Shown here: piece by piece, positions 1 through 8,356 of the stretch
Layout of the letters: every line of letters begins with the position of its first letter
Numbering within the stretch: the first letter of the stretch is position 1
Source: a virus
Taxonomy: Duplodnaviria; Caudoviricetes
DNA length: 35,662 nucleotides
Virus record (IMG/VR): IMGVR_UViG_3300048599_000270
Location: 1-35,662 of that record
Reading direction: 5' to 3' (one strand)
Position numbers and translations under genes: made by a program
The notes under the pieces: model-generated
Seen by the model: only the letters and a program-made list of their open reading frames with translations
Databases searched by the model: none
What the model was told of the DNA's origin: nothing

Positions 1-420
1 GCTCGACGCCTGAAGCAATACCTCTTGACCAAGGCCCAGGACCGCGAGCGGCTGGCTCAGCTTGCGGAGAACGACGCGCTAAAGACCCTGCGGGAAGAGG
101 TGGTCGTCGCCTTGGGCCAGTTGGAACGGCGGCTCAATCTTGCTAACCGGTCGGACGCCGAGTTCCTTGCCGCCTATCCCGAGGTCGAGAAGTCGCTGAA
201 GTTGCTGGCCGAGTTGAAGAAATCGAACTTCTCGCTGGAACAGAAGTCGGGCGCGACCCTTTCGCGGGAACAGGGCTTTGCGCTCGTCCGCCGAATGATC
301 GAGATTATCGTGGACGAGTTGCAGGGCATCGCGGACTATGAGCGGATCGTCGAAAGCATCACCATGCGAATCCTGGCGACGGTCCAGCAGACCGACACGT
401 CGGAAGTCAGTCCCGAATGA
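1..420 (+). CDS. Helical protein, possible terminase small subunit (Nu1-like C-terminal region); 5'-truncated
   Basis: Frame 1 is open from base 1 (ARRLKQYLLTKAQ...). The segment LEQKSGATLSREQGFALVRRMIEIIVDEL resembles the C-terminal helices of Nu1-type small subunits, and a GpA-type TerL lies 3.2 kb downstream. Confidence 0.4.
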   Translation, partial: ARRLKQYLLTKAQDRERLAQLAENDALKTLREEVVVALGQLERRLNLANRSDAEFLAAYPEVEKSLKLLAELKKSNFSLEQKSGATLSREQGFALVRRMIEIIVDELQGIADYERIVESITMRILATVQQTDTSEVSPE

Positions 421-644
421 ATCTCGTCTGGTGCGCCTGCGGCCGACTTGTCCAGTATCCGGGCGAGTCCCGCTGCGAGAACTGTTGGGCGGACGATCAG
501 GCCCGTTCGGATAAGCGGCGGCCAGCCAACGTCAACACGATGGTCAACGCTTCGCGGGAGGTGAGCGATGCTCCGGTATCGGACCAACCCGTTCATCCCC
601 GACGAGAGCAAGGCGGGGGACATCATCGGATTCAGCGGCGATAG
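417..644 (+). CDS. Small Cys-rich (zinc-ribbon-like) hypothetical protein
   Basis: ATGA start/stop overlap with the upstream gene and a CACG...CENC motif. The 3' end overlaps the next gene by 77 nt. Confidence 0.5.
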   Translation: MNLVWCACGRLVQYPGESRCENCWADDQARSDKRRPANVNTMVNASREVSDAPVSDQPVHPRREQGGGHHRIQRR

Positions 645-1170
645 CTGGCTGAGTGCGCTGGTGAACATCGCCACCTACGGCCTGCCGTTCTGGGGCCTCA
701 GCCACGTCGGCATCTTGGGGCACGCGGACGATGGGAAGTTGATGCTCTTCGAGAGCACGCAACTCGACGGCCTGCCTTGCGAGATTAGCCGTGAAGTGTT
801 CCTCGGAACCCAGGCCCACGAGTTGGAGCACGTCGTTTTGGCCTACAAAGGGAAGGTCTGGCGCTATCCGCTGTATCGCCCATTGTATCCGACCGAGGAC
901 AAGCGGTTGACCGAGTTCCTGATGTCCACGCTCCACACGCCCTACGACAAGATGGGGGCGTTCCGTTCGGCCGGCGTTGGACTGTCATGGATCGAGTCCT
1001 TGCTACACCACGATAACTTGAATTCGATCTTCTGCTCAGAGTGGTGCTGCGCGGCCCACACCTACGTCGGCGTGTTTCGCACGGACAACGTGAGCCGCTG
1101 GAACCCCAATCGCTTCGTGCGGACGGAACGGCGCATTCACGTACTGAGAACGCCGGAGAGGCTAAAATGA
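568..1170 (+). CDS. Circularly permuted NlpC/P60 (YiiX/YebB-like) papain-fold hydrolase
   Basis: GDIIGF at the start, SHVGI (His) before YD and FCSEW (Cys), which is the His-before-Cys order of permuted NlpC/P60. Strong SD GGAGGTGA upstream. Confidence 0.8.
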   Translation: MLRYRTNPFIPDESKAGDIIGFSGDSWLSALVNIATYGLPFWGLSHVGILGHADDGKLMLFESTQLDGLPCEISREVFLGTQAHELEHVVLAYKGKVWRYPLYRPLYPTEDKRLTEFLMSTLHTPYDKMGAFRSAGVGLSWIESLLHHDNLNSIFCSEWCCAAHTYVGVFRTDNVSRWNPNRFVRTERRIHVLRTPERLK

Positions 1171-1724
1171 AGCAATTCGTCGTCGCGTTAGTCCTGTTGG
1201 CATCCCTTTCGGGGTGCGAAATCAACGAAGGTCGGGGAACCTCGGCACCCAAGCAGGAGCGGCCGGCTGTGAACGTCCCGGCGGCGCTGCGGCAGAGCAA
1301 CTGGCGCGGTCCCCAGGGCCAAGGCTCGTGCGTCCACGCGACGATGATCTCGCTTTTCCGTTGGCAATACCGTTTGAAGACGGCCGACTGCTGGCGGCGG
1401 AGCTACGGCGACGGCGAGTATCCCGAAGACCTGGCCGCGAAGTTCGACAGGGAGGGCATTCGGTACGCCTACGTCACCAACGGAGACGTGCGATTCCTTG
1501 AATGGAGTTGTCGGACTCGTCGCGGCTGCGGCATTACGGTCATGGGCGGGGCGCACATGGTTGCCCTGGTCCACCTCGACGACAAGTGGGCCGCGATCCT
1601 CGACAACAACAACGTCGAGCGGTTCATCTGGGTTCCGCGAGAGACGCTGATCGCTGAGTGGAAGGCGAGCTATGGATGGGCGGTAACGCCGATCTACACC
1701 CCGGCGGCTCCGCTTCCACGATAA
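1167..1724 (+). CDS. Lipoprotein with C39-like (papain-fold) cysteine peptidase domain
   Basis: Start re-assigned to ATG 1167 (ATGA overlap). Signal MKQFVVALVLLASLSGC has a lipobox. QGSCVHA, GAHMVALV and ILDNN supply Cys/His/Asp in C39-like order. Confidence 0.7.
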   Translation: MKQFVVALVLLASLSGCEINEGRGTSAPKQERPAVNVPAALRQSNWRGPQGQGSCVHATMISLFRWQYRLKTADCWRRSYGDGEYPEDLAAKFDREGIRYAYVTNGDVRFLEWSCRTRRGCGITVMGGAHMVALVHLDDKWAAILDNNNVERFIWVPRETLIAEWKASYGWAVTPIYTPAAPLPR

Positions 1725-1757
1725 TCCCCGAGACACTTCCAACACGAGAGGAAATCA

Positions 1758-2456
1758 ATGAACAAGCTGCTCCCGAGTGTGCTGTGCTTGCTCGCAATCT
1801 TCGCGGCGGTTGCACCATGCCTCGCCGATACTGTCAACGGCGTCCTGGCCGAGGAACGGATCGTCAACCTGCCGCAAGACCAGGGCAAGTGGTTCGTCAG
1901 CGTGGTCGGCAACGCGACCGACGCCCGCTACCGCGAGATTCTGGGCTGGTTCGATGCCAATGCCGGCCTGAAGAAGCTGAAGGATCAGGTCCATTTTTGC
2001 CTGGTCACAAGCGACACGGCCATCTATCAGGCCCGCTACGCCGGCAACGTGAAGGGTCTGCCGACCGTGCGGGTGCAGAAGGCGGACGGCACCGTCGTCT
2101 ACGAGGCCGCCGGGAAAGACATTCCCATGACGGCCGCTGGCCTGAACGGCGCGATCGCCAGCGCGGTGAGCACTGCCCAGGGCATCCGGCCGATTCTCCC
2201 CTGGCGACGAGAAATGGAACGTCGCTGCCCAGGCCCGTGCCCGAACCCGCAGCCGAATCCTCAGCCGCAGCCGCAGCCGGACCCGGAGCCACAGCCGATT
2301 GATGACGGCGGGCCGCCCAACGTCGATCCGGCCCCCACTGAAAGCCCGGTGCCCTGGGGCCTGCTGCCCGTGTTGTGTGTCGCCGGCCTCGCGGTCGGCA
2401 CCGCCTGCGGCTACGGCAAGCAGTTGTACCAAAAGCTGCATCCGGCCGTGAAGTAA
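1758..2456 (+). CDS. Exported thioredoxin-fold-like protein (no CxxC in the fold) with Pro/Gln linker and C-terminal membrane anchor
   Basis: N-terminal signal peptide ending PCLA-D, a Trx-like segment KGLPTVRVQKADGTVV, a PNPQPNPQPQPQPDPEPQP linker and a C-terminal hydrophobic helix. SD GAGG. Confidence 0.65.
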   Translation: MNKLLPSVLCLLAIFAAVAPCLADTVNGVLAEERIVNLPQDQGKWFVSVVGNATDARYREILGWFDANAGLKKLKDQVHFCLVTSDTAIYQARYAGNVKGLPTVRVQKADGTVVYEAAGKDIPMTAAGLNGAIASAVSTAQGIRPILPWRREMERRCPGPCPNPQPNPQPQPQPDPEPQPIDDGGPPNVDPAPTESPVPWGLLPVLCVAGLAVGTACGYGKQLYQKLHPAVK

Positions 2457-2536
2457 CGTCCCGTTTGCCTCGTTTCCGTCCCGTTTCCGACCACCCGGCT
2501 ATAAACCAGCCATCCTCAGTACACCGGAGAAGAACA

Positions 2537-2956
2537 ATGAACCCCATCGTCGTGATCTGGATTCTCGCAGTTGTCGTCGCCGTGCTCATCGGCCGTGAAG
2601 TCGGCAAGTGGCTCTTCGGCGAGAACGCCAAGCTGATGCAGAAGAAACGGGCAGCCCAGGTGTTGGCCGCCAAGCTGCGGGACAACGGCCTGAGACTGCT
2701 GCCCGCCTTGTTGGAGGACTTCGCCGTCGGCGACGTGCAGGACATGGTGGAGAAGATCCACGATGTCGCCAAGCTGGTCGAGTCCGGCAGCGACGCAATC
2801 GAGAAGGAATTGGAGGCGACTTACCAGAATGTCCTGACGAAGAAACTGGCTACGCCCGAGGGCCTGGCCCTGGTCAAGGCAAAGATCGCCGAGATCGAGG
2901 CCCCCGCCCCGAGTCCCGCCGAGACTGCGAAGCCCGTTGCCGCGGCCAAATCCTAG
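2537..2956 (+). CDS. Membrane-anchored helical protein
   Basis: Start re-assigned to ATG 2537 after GGAG. N-terminal TM MNPIVVIWILAVVVAVLIG, then an amphipathic helical body. Confidence 0.7.
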   Translation: MNPIVVIWILAVVVAVLIGREVGKWLFGENAKLMQKKRAAQVLAAKLRDNGLRLLPALLEDFAVGDVQDMVEKIHDVAKLVESGSDAIEKELEATYQNVLTKKLATPEGLALVKAKIAEIEAPAPSPAETAKPVAAAKS

Positions 2957-3020
2957 CCAAACGCACCGGCCGCACCGCTCCCCGTGCGGGTGACGTGCAT
3001 CATGGGCCGGTTGAGTATGC

Positions 3021-3058
3021 GACCGTCAGCCCCGTAATCCTGTGCGGGGCTGACGGTC
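3021..3058. other. Perfect 14-bp intergenic hairpin without U-tract
   Basis: GACCGTCAGCCCCG-taatcctgtg-CGGGGCTGACGGTC. Confidence 0.7.
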
Positions 3059-3087
3059 CCGACAAAGCGAGAAGCGAGAATCGGACG

Positions 3088-3438
3088 ATGAATCGACGCC
3101 TCTTCCTAGCCGTTGCGGTCCTCTGCATCCTGGCCGGTTGCCAGCAGCCGCAAACGCCAACCCCGCCGAGCGGCCCCTGTAAGCGGCCGACGATGTTGGT
3201 CTTCACGGCATCGTGGTGCGGGCCGTGCAAGGCCCAGAAGCCCCTGGTGGTCCAGATCGAGGCGGCTGGGGTCGAGGTGCGCGTCTATGACGTAGACGAG
3301 AACCCGGAAATGGCGAGGAAATACGGTATCACGGCCACGCCCACGTACATCTTCTACCTGTGTGGTCGTCAGCCGCTTCGCACGCACGACGCCAACGAGG
3401 TGCTGGCGATTATCCGCAACGGCTGGGGCTGCAAGTGA
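3088..3438 (+). CDS. Lipoprotein thioredoxin (WCGPC)
   Basis: Start re-assigned to ATG 3088. MNRRLFLAVAVLCILAGC lipobox; FTASWCGPCK active site; YDVDENPEMARKYGITATPT with the cis-Pro motif. Confidence 0.88.
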   Translation: MNRRLFLAVAVLCILAGCQQPQTPTPPSGPCKRPTMLVFTASWCGPCKAQKPLVVQIEAAGVEVRVYDVDENPEMARKYGITATPTYIFYLCGRQPLRTHDANEVLAIIRNGWGCK

Positions 3439-3623
3439 CTCGCCGCTGTCGCAATTGCCCGGATCGACCGCCGCAAAGTGAGACGCAGCCAACAAGGGTC
3501 GTCGGCCTTCGTCGCCGTCGAGAGCGAAACACGAGGTTCCACCGGGCCGAACGCCGAAGCAACCAGCGAGCCGCACTTGTCGCTGACCCACGCGAACCCG
3601 TGATGCAACCTCCATTAGACTAA
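3435..3623 (+). CDS. Possible small basic protein (CRNC, Arg-rich)
   Basis: GTGA overlap with the thioredoxin stop; it fills the gap to TerL. No other support. Confidence 0.3.
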   Translation: MTRRCRNCPDRPPQSETQPTRVVGLRRRRERNTRFHRAERRSNQRAALVADPREPVMQPPLD

Positions 3624-3635
3624 TGATCTCCCTCC

Positions 3636-5309
3636 ATGAAGTTCGTGGACGAGTTGTTACTGGCGTTGGGGGAGGGATTGCGCAGCAACAACCTACGGTC
3701 GTGCAGTCGTTGGGCCGAGCATCGACGGGTGATGGGGGCACCCTTCAACGGACCTTACAGCTTCGCGCGGCATCCGTGGTGCCGCGAGATTCACGACGGC
3801 AAGGCGGCTTGGACGGTCGCCATGAAGGCGGCCCAGTTAGGCGTGACCGAGACCGGGATCAACCGGGCGTTCTTCACGCTCGACCAGTCGAAACGAGACG
3901 TGCTCTACGTCTTGCCGACCGCGCTGAACGCGAGCGACTTTTCCAAGGCCCGCTTTGCGACCGCCCTGAAGCTCAGCCCTTACCTGAAAGACCTGTTCGT
4001 CGATACGAACACCGTGGGGCTGAAATCGACCGGCACGAACGTGTTGTACATCCGCGGGAGCCGAGGCGACAGCAACCTGAAATCCATCCCGGTGTCCGAG
4101 TTGATCTTGGACGAACTGGACGAGATGGACACCCATGCGGTGTGGCTGGCACTGGAACGGCTGTCGGGCCAGATCGAAAAGCACATCCTGGCGATCTCGA
4201 CCCCGACGGTTCCCAAGTACGGCATCCACAAGCTCTACCTGACCAGCACCCAGGAGCACTTTTGTTTCCAGTGTCCGCACTGTGGGCGCTGGACAGAACT
4301 GGTCTGGCCGGAGTGCGTGGAGATCATCGGCGAGTCGGTCAACGACCCCCGCTGTACCGAATCGTTCATCAAGTGCCGGGAGTGCAAGCACAAACTGGAC
4401 CACGAGGCCAAGCCGGAGTTCCTGGCCGGCGGCCAGTGGCAGGCTACGGAAGCCAACGTTTCGCCGGAGGAGTCGCGGGGCTTTTACATCAACCAGCTTT
4501 ACTCGTCCACCGTGACGCCCGGCGAACTGGTGATCGCCTACCACCGGGGGCTGGGCGACGAAGCGGCGAACACGGAGTTTCATTGCAGCAAGCTGGGTGT
4601 GCCGTTCATCGGCGAGGGTGCCCAGGTCACGGACGAGATGATCGAGAACTGCGTCAAGTCGCACTCGATCAACGATCCCCGCCCGCAGATCGGCGGCGAC
4701 CGCCTAATAACGATGGGCGCGGACCAGGGGAAGACGGGATACGTTTCGGTCGTGGACTGGTTGTTCGATCAACACCCCGGCAAGGACATCAATGCGGCGG
4801 CCATCGGCAAGTTGCTCTGGTTCGGCAAGTTTCCGGGCGACGATTGGAGCTACCTGGACGACTTGATGCGGGAGTGGCAGGTCTTGGCCTGCGTGGTGGA
4901 CGCCGACCCGTTCACCAACGACGCCCGCCGGTTTGCCAAGAAGTTCCACGGCTACGTGTGGCTGACGCGATACCGGCGAGGACAGACGGCCAAGGAAATC
5001 GCCATCAGCGAAGAAGACACGGGGGCACCCTTCGCCACGGTAGACCGCACCAACTGGCTCAGTTGCACGCTCGGGCGGTTCAAGACGACGACGCCACGCA
5101 TTCTGTTGCCCCGCGACATTTCGTTTGAATACCGGGAACACGTCAAGAACCTGGTCCGCACTTACAAGAAAGACGACACGGGAAACCCGGCCGCCGAGTA
5201 CGTGAACACGGGGGCCGACCACTTTGCCCACTCCCTATGCTACGCCGACATCGGCCTAGCGCTGGCCCCGATTGGCGGCAGTGGTGAGAACGTCGGTAAG
5301 GTCACTTAA
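3636..5309 (+). CDS. terL: Terminase large subunit, lambda GpA family
   Basis: Walker A-like MKAAQLGVTE, Walker B LILDELDE, AISTPT coupling motif, CPHCG/CREC zinc ribbon, nuclease MGADQG...DHFAH. Confidence 0.93.
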   Translation: MKFVDELLLALGEGLRSNNLRSCSRWAEHRRVMGAPFNGPYSFARHPWCREIHDGKAAWTVAMKAAQLGVTETGINRAFFTLDQSKRDVLYVLPTALNASDFSKARFATALKLSPYLKDLFVDTNTVGLKSTGTNVLYIRGSRGDSNLKSIPVSELILDELDEMDTHAVWLALERLSGQIEKHILAISTPTVPKYGIHKLYLTSTQEHFCFQCPHCGRWTELVWPECVEIIGESVNDPRCTESFIKCRECKHKLDHEAKPEFLAGGQWQATEANVSPEESRGFYINQLYSSTVTPGELVIAYHRGLGDEAANTEFHCSKLGVPFIGEGAQVTDEMIENCVKSHSINDPRPQIGGDRLITMGADQGKTGYVSVVDWLFDQHPGKDINAAAIGKLLWFGKFPGDDWSYLDDLMREWQVLACVVDADPFTNDARRFAKKFHGYVWLTRYRRGQTAKEIAISEEDTGAPFATVDRTNWLSCTLGRFKTTTPRILLPRDISFEYREHVKNLVRTYKKDDTGNPAAEYVNTGADHFAHSLCYADIGLALAPIGGSGENVGKVT

Positions 5310-5322
5310 CGCGAGTTGTGTC

Positions 5323-7110
5323 ATGGCCGAAAGTCAGACGCTCAGCCTGATCGACAGCCGGCATCCCGGCTACCTGTCCGGCATGACCGACTGGGGAAAG
5401 TGGCGGCTGACCTACGACGGGGGCGACTCCTTTCGGGACGCCTACCTGGAAAGGTTCTCGACCCGAGAGGACCAAGCCGACTTCGCTACGCGCAAGGCGG
5501 TCACGCCGGTCCCGGCCTTCGCTAAGGCTGCGATCAACGACATCCGCAACGCCATTTACCAGCGGCTCCGCGACGTGGTGCGCAAGGGCGGCAGCGAGGT
5601 CTACCAGGCGGCGGTCAACGGCCACAACCTGGGCGTGGACCATCGCGGCTCGACGATGAACGCATTTCTGGGCGTGAAGGTCTTGACCGAGCTATTGGTC
5701 ATGGGGCGAGTGGGCGTGTTCGTCGATCATCCACTGATCCCAGCCGGCGCGACGCTGGCCAACGTCAGCCGTCCTTCGCCGTACCTCTACAAATACGACA
5801 TCGAAGACATCCTTTCCTGGACCTGCTCGAAGCCGGAGGCCCCTTCCGAGTTCCAGGCAGTGCTGCTGCGCGATACGACCATGCAGTACGACCCGTCCAC
5901 CATGTTGCCGACGCTTTCGGTGCAGCGGTATCGGTATCTGTGGATGGAGGGCGGGCACGTCCACTTGCAGTTCTACAACCTCCAGAAGGAAAAGGTGGAC
6001 CGCGAGGGGCTGCCGGGCGGGCCAATGGTGTTGGAACTGGACCGCATCCCCTTCGTGATGCTCGACCTCGGCGGCAGCCTGATTAAGGACGTATGCCAAC
6101 AGCAGATCGCGCTGTTGAACCTCGGCTCCAGCGACGTGAACTACGCCCTGCGGAGCAACTTCCCGTTCTACATCGAACAAAAGGACATGCGGGCCGTGGG
6201 AGCCCACTTGAAACACGCCGCCACGGAGGACGGCACGGCGACCAGCGGCGGACAGGCCGCGGCGGACGCCAGCATCAAGGTCGGCGCGACGCACGGGCGC
6301 ACCTACGACAAGGGGATGAACCCGCCGGCCTTTATCAATCCCTCGGCGGAGCCGTTGCGAGCGAGCTTGGAGTTGCAGGACCGGCTCAAGCGCGACATCC
6401 GTGAACTGGTGAACCTGGCGGTGTCGAGCCTGGCGGTGCGGGTCTCGGCCGAGTCGAAGGCGATGGACAACCAGGGCCTTGAAGCGGGGCTGAGCTACAT
6501 CGGCCTCTTGCTGGAAAGCGCCGAGCGGCAGATCGCCGAGTTCTGGGCCGCCTATGAGGAGCGAAACCCGAACAAACGCGAATTGGCGACGATCAAGTAC
6601 CCCGAACGCTACAGCCTGAAATCGGATGCCGAACGCATCAAGGAAGCCCAGGACTTGCAGAAGCTCATGGGGGCCGTCCCCGGACGCCGGGTGAAGCGAG
6701 AACTGGCCAAGGGCATAGTCCAGACGCTCTTGGGCGGCAAGATTGGCATGGACGACCTTAGCACGATCAACCGGGAGATCGACGCGGCCCATTACACCAC
6801 GAGCGATCCGCAGACCATCATTCTTGCGGCCCAGGCGGGGCTGGTCGGCGAGAAGACGAGTTCCATCGCGTTGGGTTTCGACGACGACGAGTATCTGGAG
6901 GCTCGCAAGGACCACGCGGAGCGCGTCAAACGGATCGCCGAGGCCCAAGGGATGGACGGTGACGGTAGCGATCCTGCGGCGCGAGGGGTTTCCGATCTAT
7001 CAGCCGACCCCAACGCCGGCAAGGAAGAGAAAGCCGCCAGTCGGAGCACCGATTTACGAGACACGACAGCCTCGCGCGTGCGCGGCAGGGGACGATTCAC
7101 GGGAGAGTGA
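5323..7110 (+). CDS. Portal protein
   Basis: Directly after TerL. ATG 5323 preferred. HPGY..W..WRLTYDGG N-terminus, GRVGVFVD, IPFVML and SAESKAMD motifs typical of DUF4055-like portals. Confidence 0.85.
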   Translation: MAESQTLSLIDSRHPGYLSGMTDWGKWRLTYDGGDSFRDAYLERFSTREDQADFATRKAVTPVPAFAKAAINDIRNAIYQRLRDVVRKGGSEVYQAAVNGHNLGVDHRGSTMNAFLGVKVLTELLVMGRVGVFVDHPLIPAGATLANVSRPSPYLYKYDIEDILSWTCSKPEAPSEFQAVLLRDTTMQYDPSTMLPTLSVQRYRYLWMEGGHVHLQFYNLQKEKVDREGLPGGPMVLELDRIPFVMLDLGGSLIKDVCQQQIALLNLGSSDVNYALRSNFPFYIEQKDMRAVGAHLKHAATEDGTATSGGQAAADASIKVGATHGRTYDKGMNPPAFINPSAEPLRASLELQDRLKRDIRELVNLAVSSLAVRVSAESKAMDNQGLEAGLSYIGLLLESAERQIAEFWAAYEERNPNKRELATIKYPERYSLKSDAERIKEAQDLQKLMGAVPGRRVKRELAKGIVQTLLGGKIGMDDLSTINREIDAAHYTTSDPQTIILAAQAGLVGEKTSSIALGFDDDEYLEARKDHAERVKRIAEAQGMDGDGSDPAARGVSDLSADPNAGKEEKAASRSTDLRDTTASRVRGRGRFTGE

Positions 7111-7113
7111 CCG

Positions 7114-7713
7114 ATGCTGGTTGACGTTGTGCAAGAGAGCCGCCCGGAGTTTCGCACGGGCAGCGGCACCGTGGGCACAAGCGTGGTGCGCCTCGGCGCG
7201 GCCAGCGCGCGGCAGACGGTCACGCTCACCGACGTAACGGCCGGCACCTTCAAGCTGGGCGTCGGGCAGTCCGAGACGGAGGCACTCGCGTTCGACGCTG
7301 CTGCGGCGGCCGTGCAGACCGCTCTGGAAGCCGTCGTCGGCGAAGGCAACGTGGCCGTGTCGGGCAATGCCGGGGGACCGTGGACGGTGAACTTCACTGA
7401 CTCGCTGCGGTGGCAGCTTGTTGCGGCCATGACGGCGGTGGACGTGGACCTGGAAGGGGAAGGGCACGCCGTTGCGGTAGTGGTCAGCGAGCGGGGGCAC
7501 GCCGTCGGCTGGGAAGTGAAGAAATACGTCATGCTCCGCGCCAACGGGGCCAACGCCAGCGTCATTATGATCGGCCACCGACCGGACAACGCCGGGGACG
7601 GGTTCATCCTCTCCGCCGGCCAGCAGAGCCCGCCGATCTACGTGGACAACGTGAACAAGCTATACATCGTTGGTGGGGCAGCGGACCAAGGCTACTCCTG
7701 GATCGCCTGTTAA
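7114..7713 (+). CDS. Putative head decoration/spike protein with inserted surface module
   Basis: Beta-rich protein. Its central QTVTLT..GTFKL..TEALAFDAAAAAVQTALEAV..GNVAVSG..GPWTVNF module is known from phage structural and cell-surface proteins. Located in the head region. Confidence 0.55.
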   Translation: MLVDVVQESRPEFRTGSGTVGTSVVRLGAASARQTVTLTDVTAGTFKLGVGQSETEALAFDAAAAAVQTALEAVVGEGNVAVSGNAGGPWTVNFTDSLRWQLVAAMTAVDVDLEGEGHAVAVVVSERGHAVGWEVKKYVMLRANGANASVIMIGHRPDNAGDGFILSAGQQSPPIYVDNVNKLYIVGGAADQGYSWIAC

Positions 7714-7725
7714 GGGAGGCGTGTT

Positions 7726-8247
7726 ATGGCTATCGACGCCACCTTCTACGGCACCTTGGAGGAGGCCGAGGAATACTACGCCAACCGCCTCCATGAGACG
7801 GCGTGGAGCAACGCCTCGGCGACCGACCGGCGAAAAGCGCTGATCGCGGCGCGGGGAATCATCGACGCCTTGAACTACAAGGGCAACAAGGCGAGCGTTT
7901 ATACGCTCTTGCAGGCGAACCCATCGGCTTCGCAAGACGAGATCAGGACGGCGGAGGCGGCCCAGGCGTTGGAATTCCCCCGAGGGGCGGACTCGGTGGT
8001 GCCCGAGGCACTCCGCATCGCCGAGTACGAGATCGCTTATGCCCTCCTGGACGGCAAAGACCCCGAATTGGAGTTGGAAAACCTGGCCGTCAACGCGATG
8101 GGGTACGGGGCGGTGAAGACCAGCTACGAGCGGTCGCAATTGCCCATCGAACATATCGTCAACCTGGTGCCGAGTTCTGTCGCGTGGCGCTTGCTCAAGC
8201 CTTTCTTGCGCGACTCGGACGCCCTGAGACTGATGCGACTGAGCTAG
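7726..8247 (+). CDS. Head-tail adaptor (DnaT-like phage family)
   Basis: YGTLEEAEEYYANR, ALIAARGIID, QALEFPR and VPEALRIAEYEIA are the family pattern. SD GGAGG. Confidence 0.75.
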   Translation: MAIDATFYGTLEEAEEYYANRLHETAWSNASATDRRKALIAARGIIDALNYKGNKASVYTLLQANPSASQDEIRTAEAAQALEFPRGADSVVPEALRIAEYEIAYALLDGKDPELELENLAVNAMGYGAVKTSYERSQLPIEHIVNLVPSSVAWRLLKPFLRDSDALRLMRLS

Positions 8248-8356
8248 GGGCGTTCCCTGGCTCCCTTGTACCGGCCCATAGCCGGGTCAGACCCGCCGAA
8301 AACCGGGACTAGGCGGATGCTCTGTGATGAAACCTGTCCGGGAAAAGGTGTAGTGC

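Noticed and set aside
2234-2296. CCGCAG-type tandem repeats as a contingency locus
   Set aside because: They are in-frame degenerate codons for a Pro/Gln linker and cannot phase-shift the gene.
5215-5250. TerL nuclease motif DHFAH with His where many terminases have Asp, read as inactivation
   Set aside because: The rest of the gene is intact and DH..H variants are plausible among GpA-like proteins; there is no evidence of decay.
8318-8345. Hammerhead ribozyme or C/D-box-like core around CTGTGATGAAAC
   Set aside because: It lacks an intact CUGANGA and the required three-stem arrangement.
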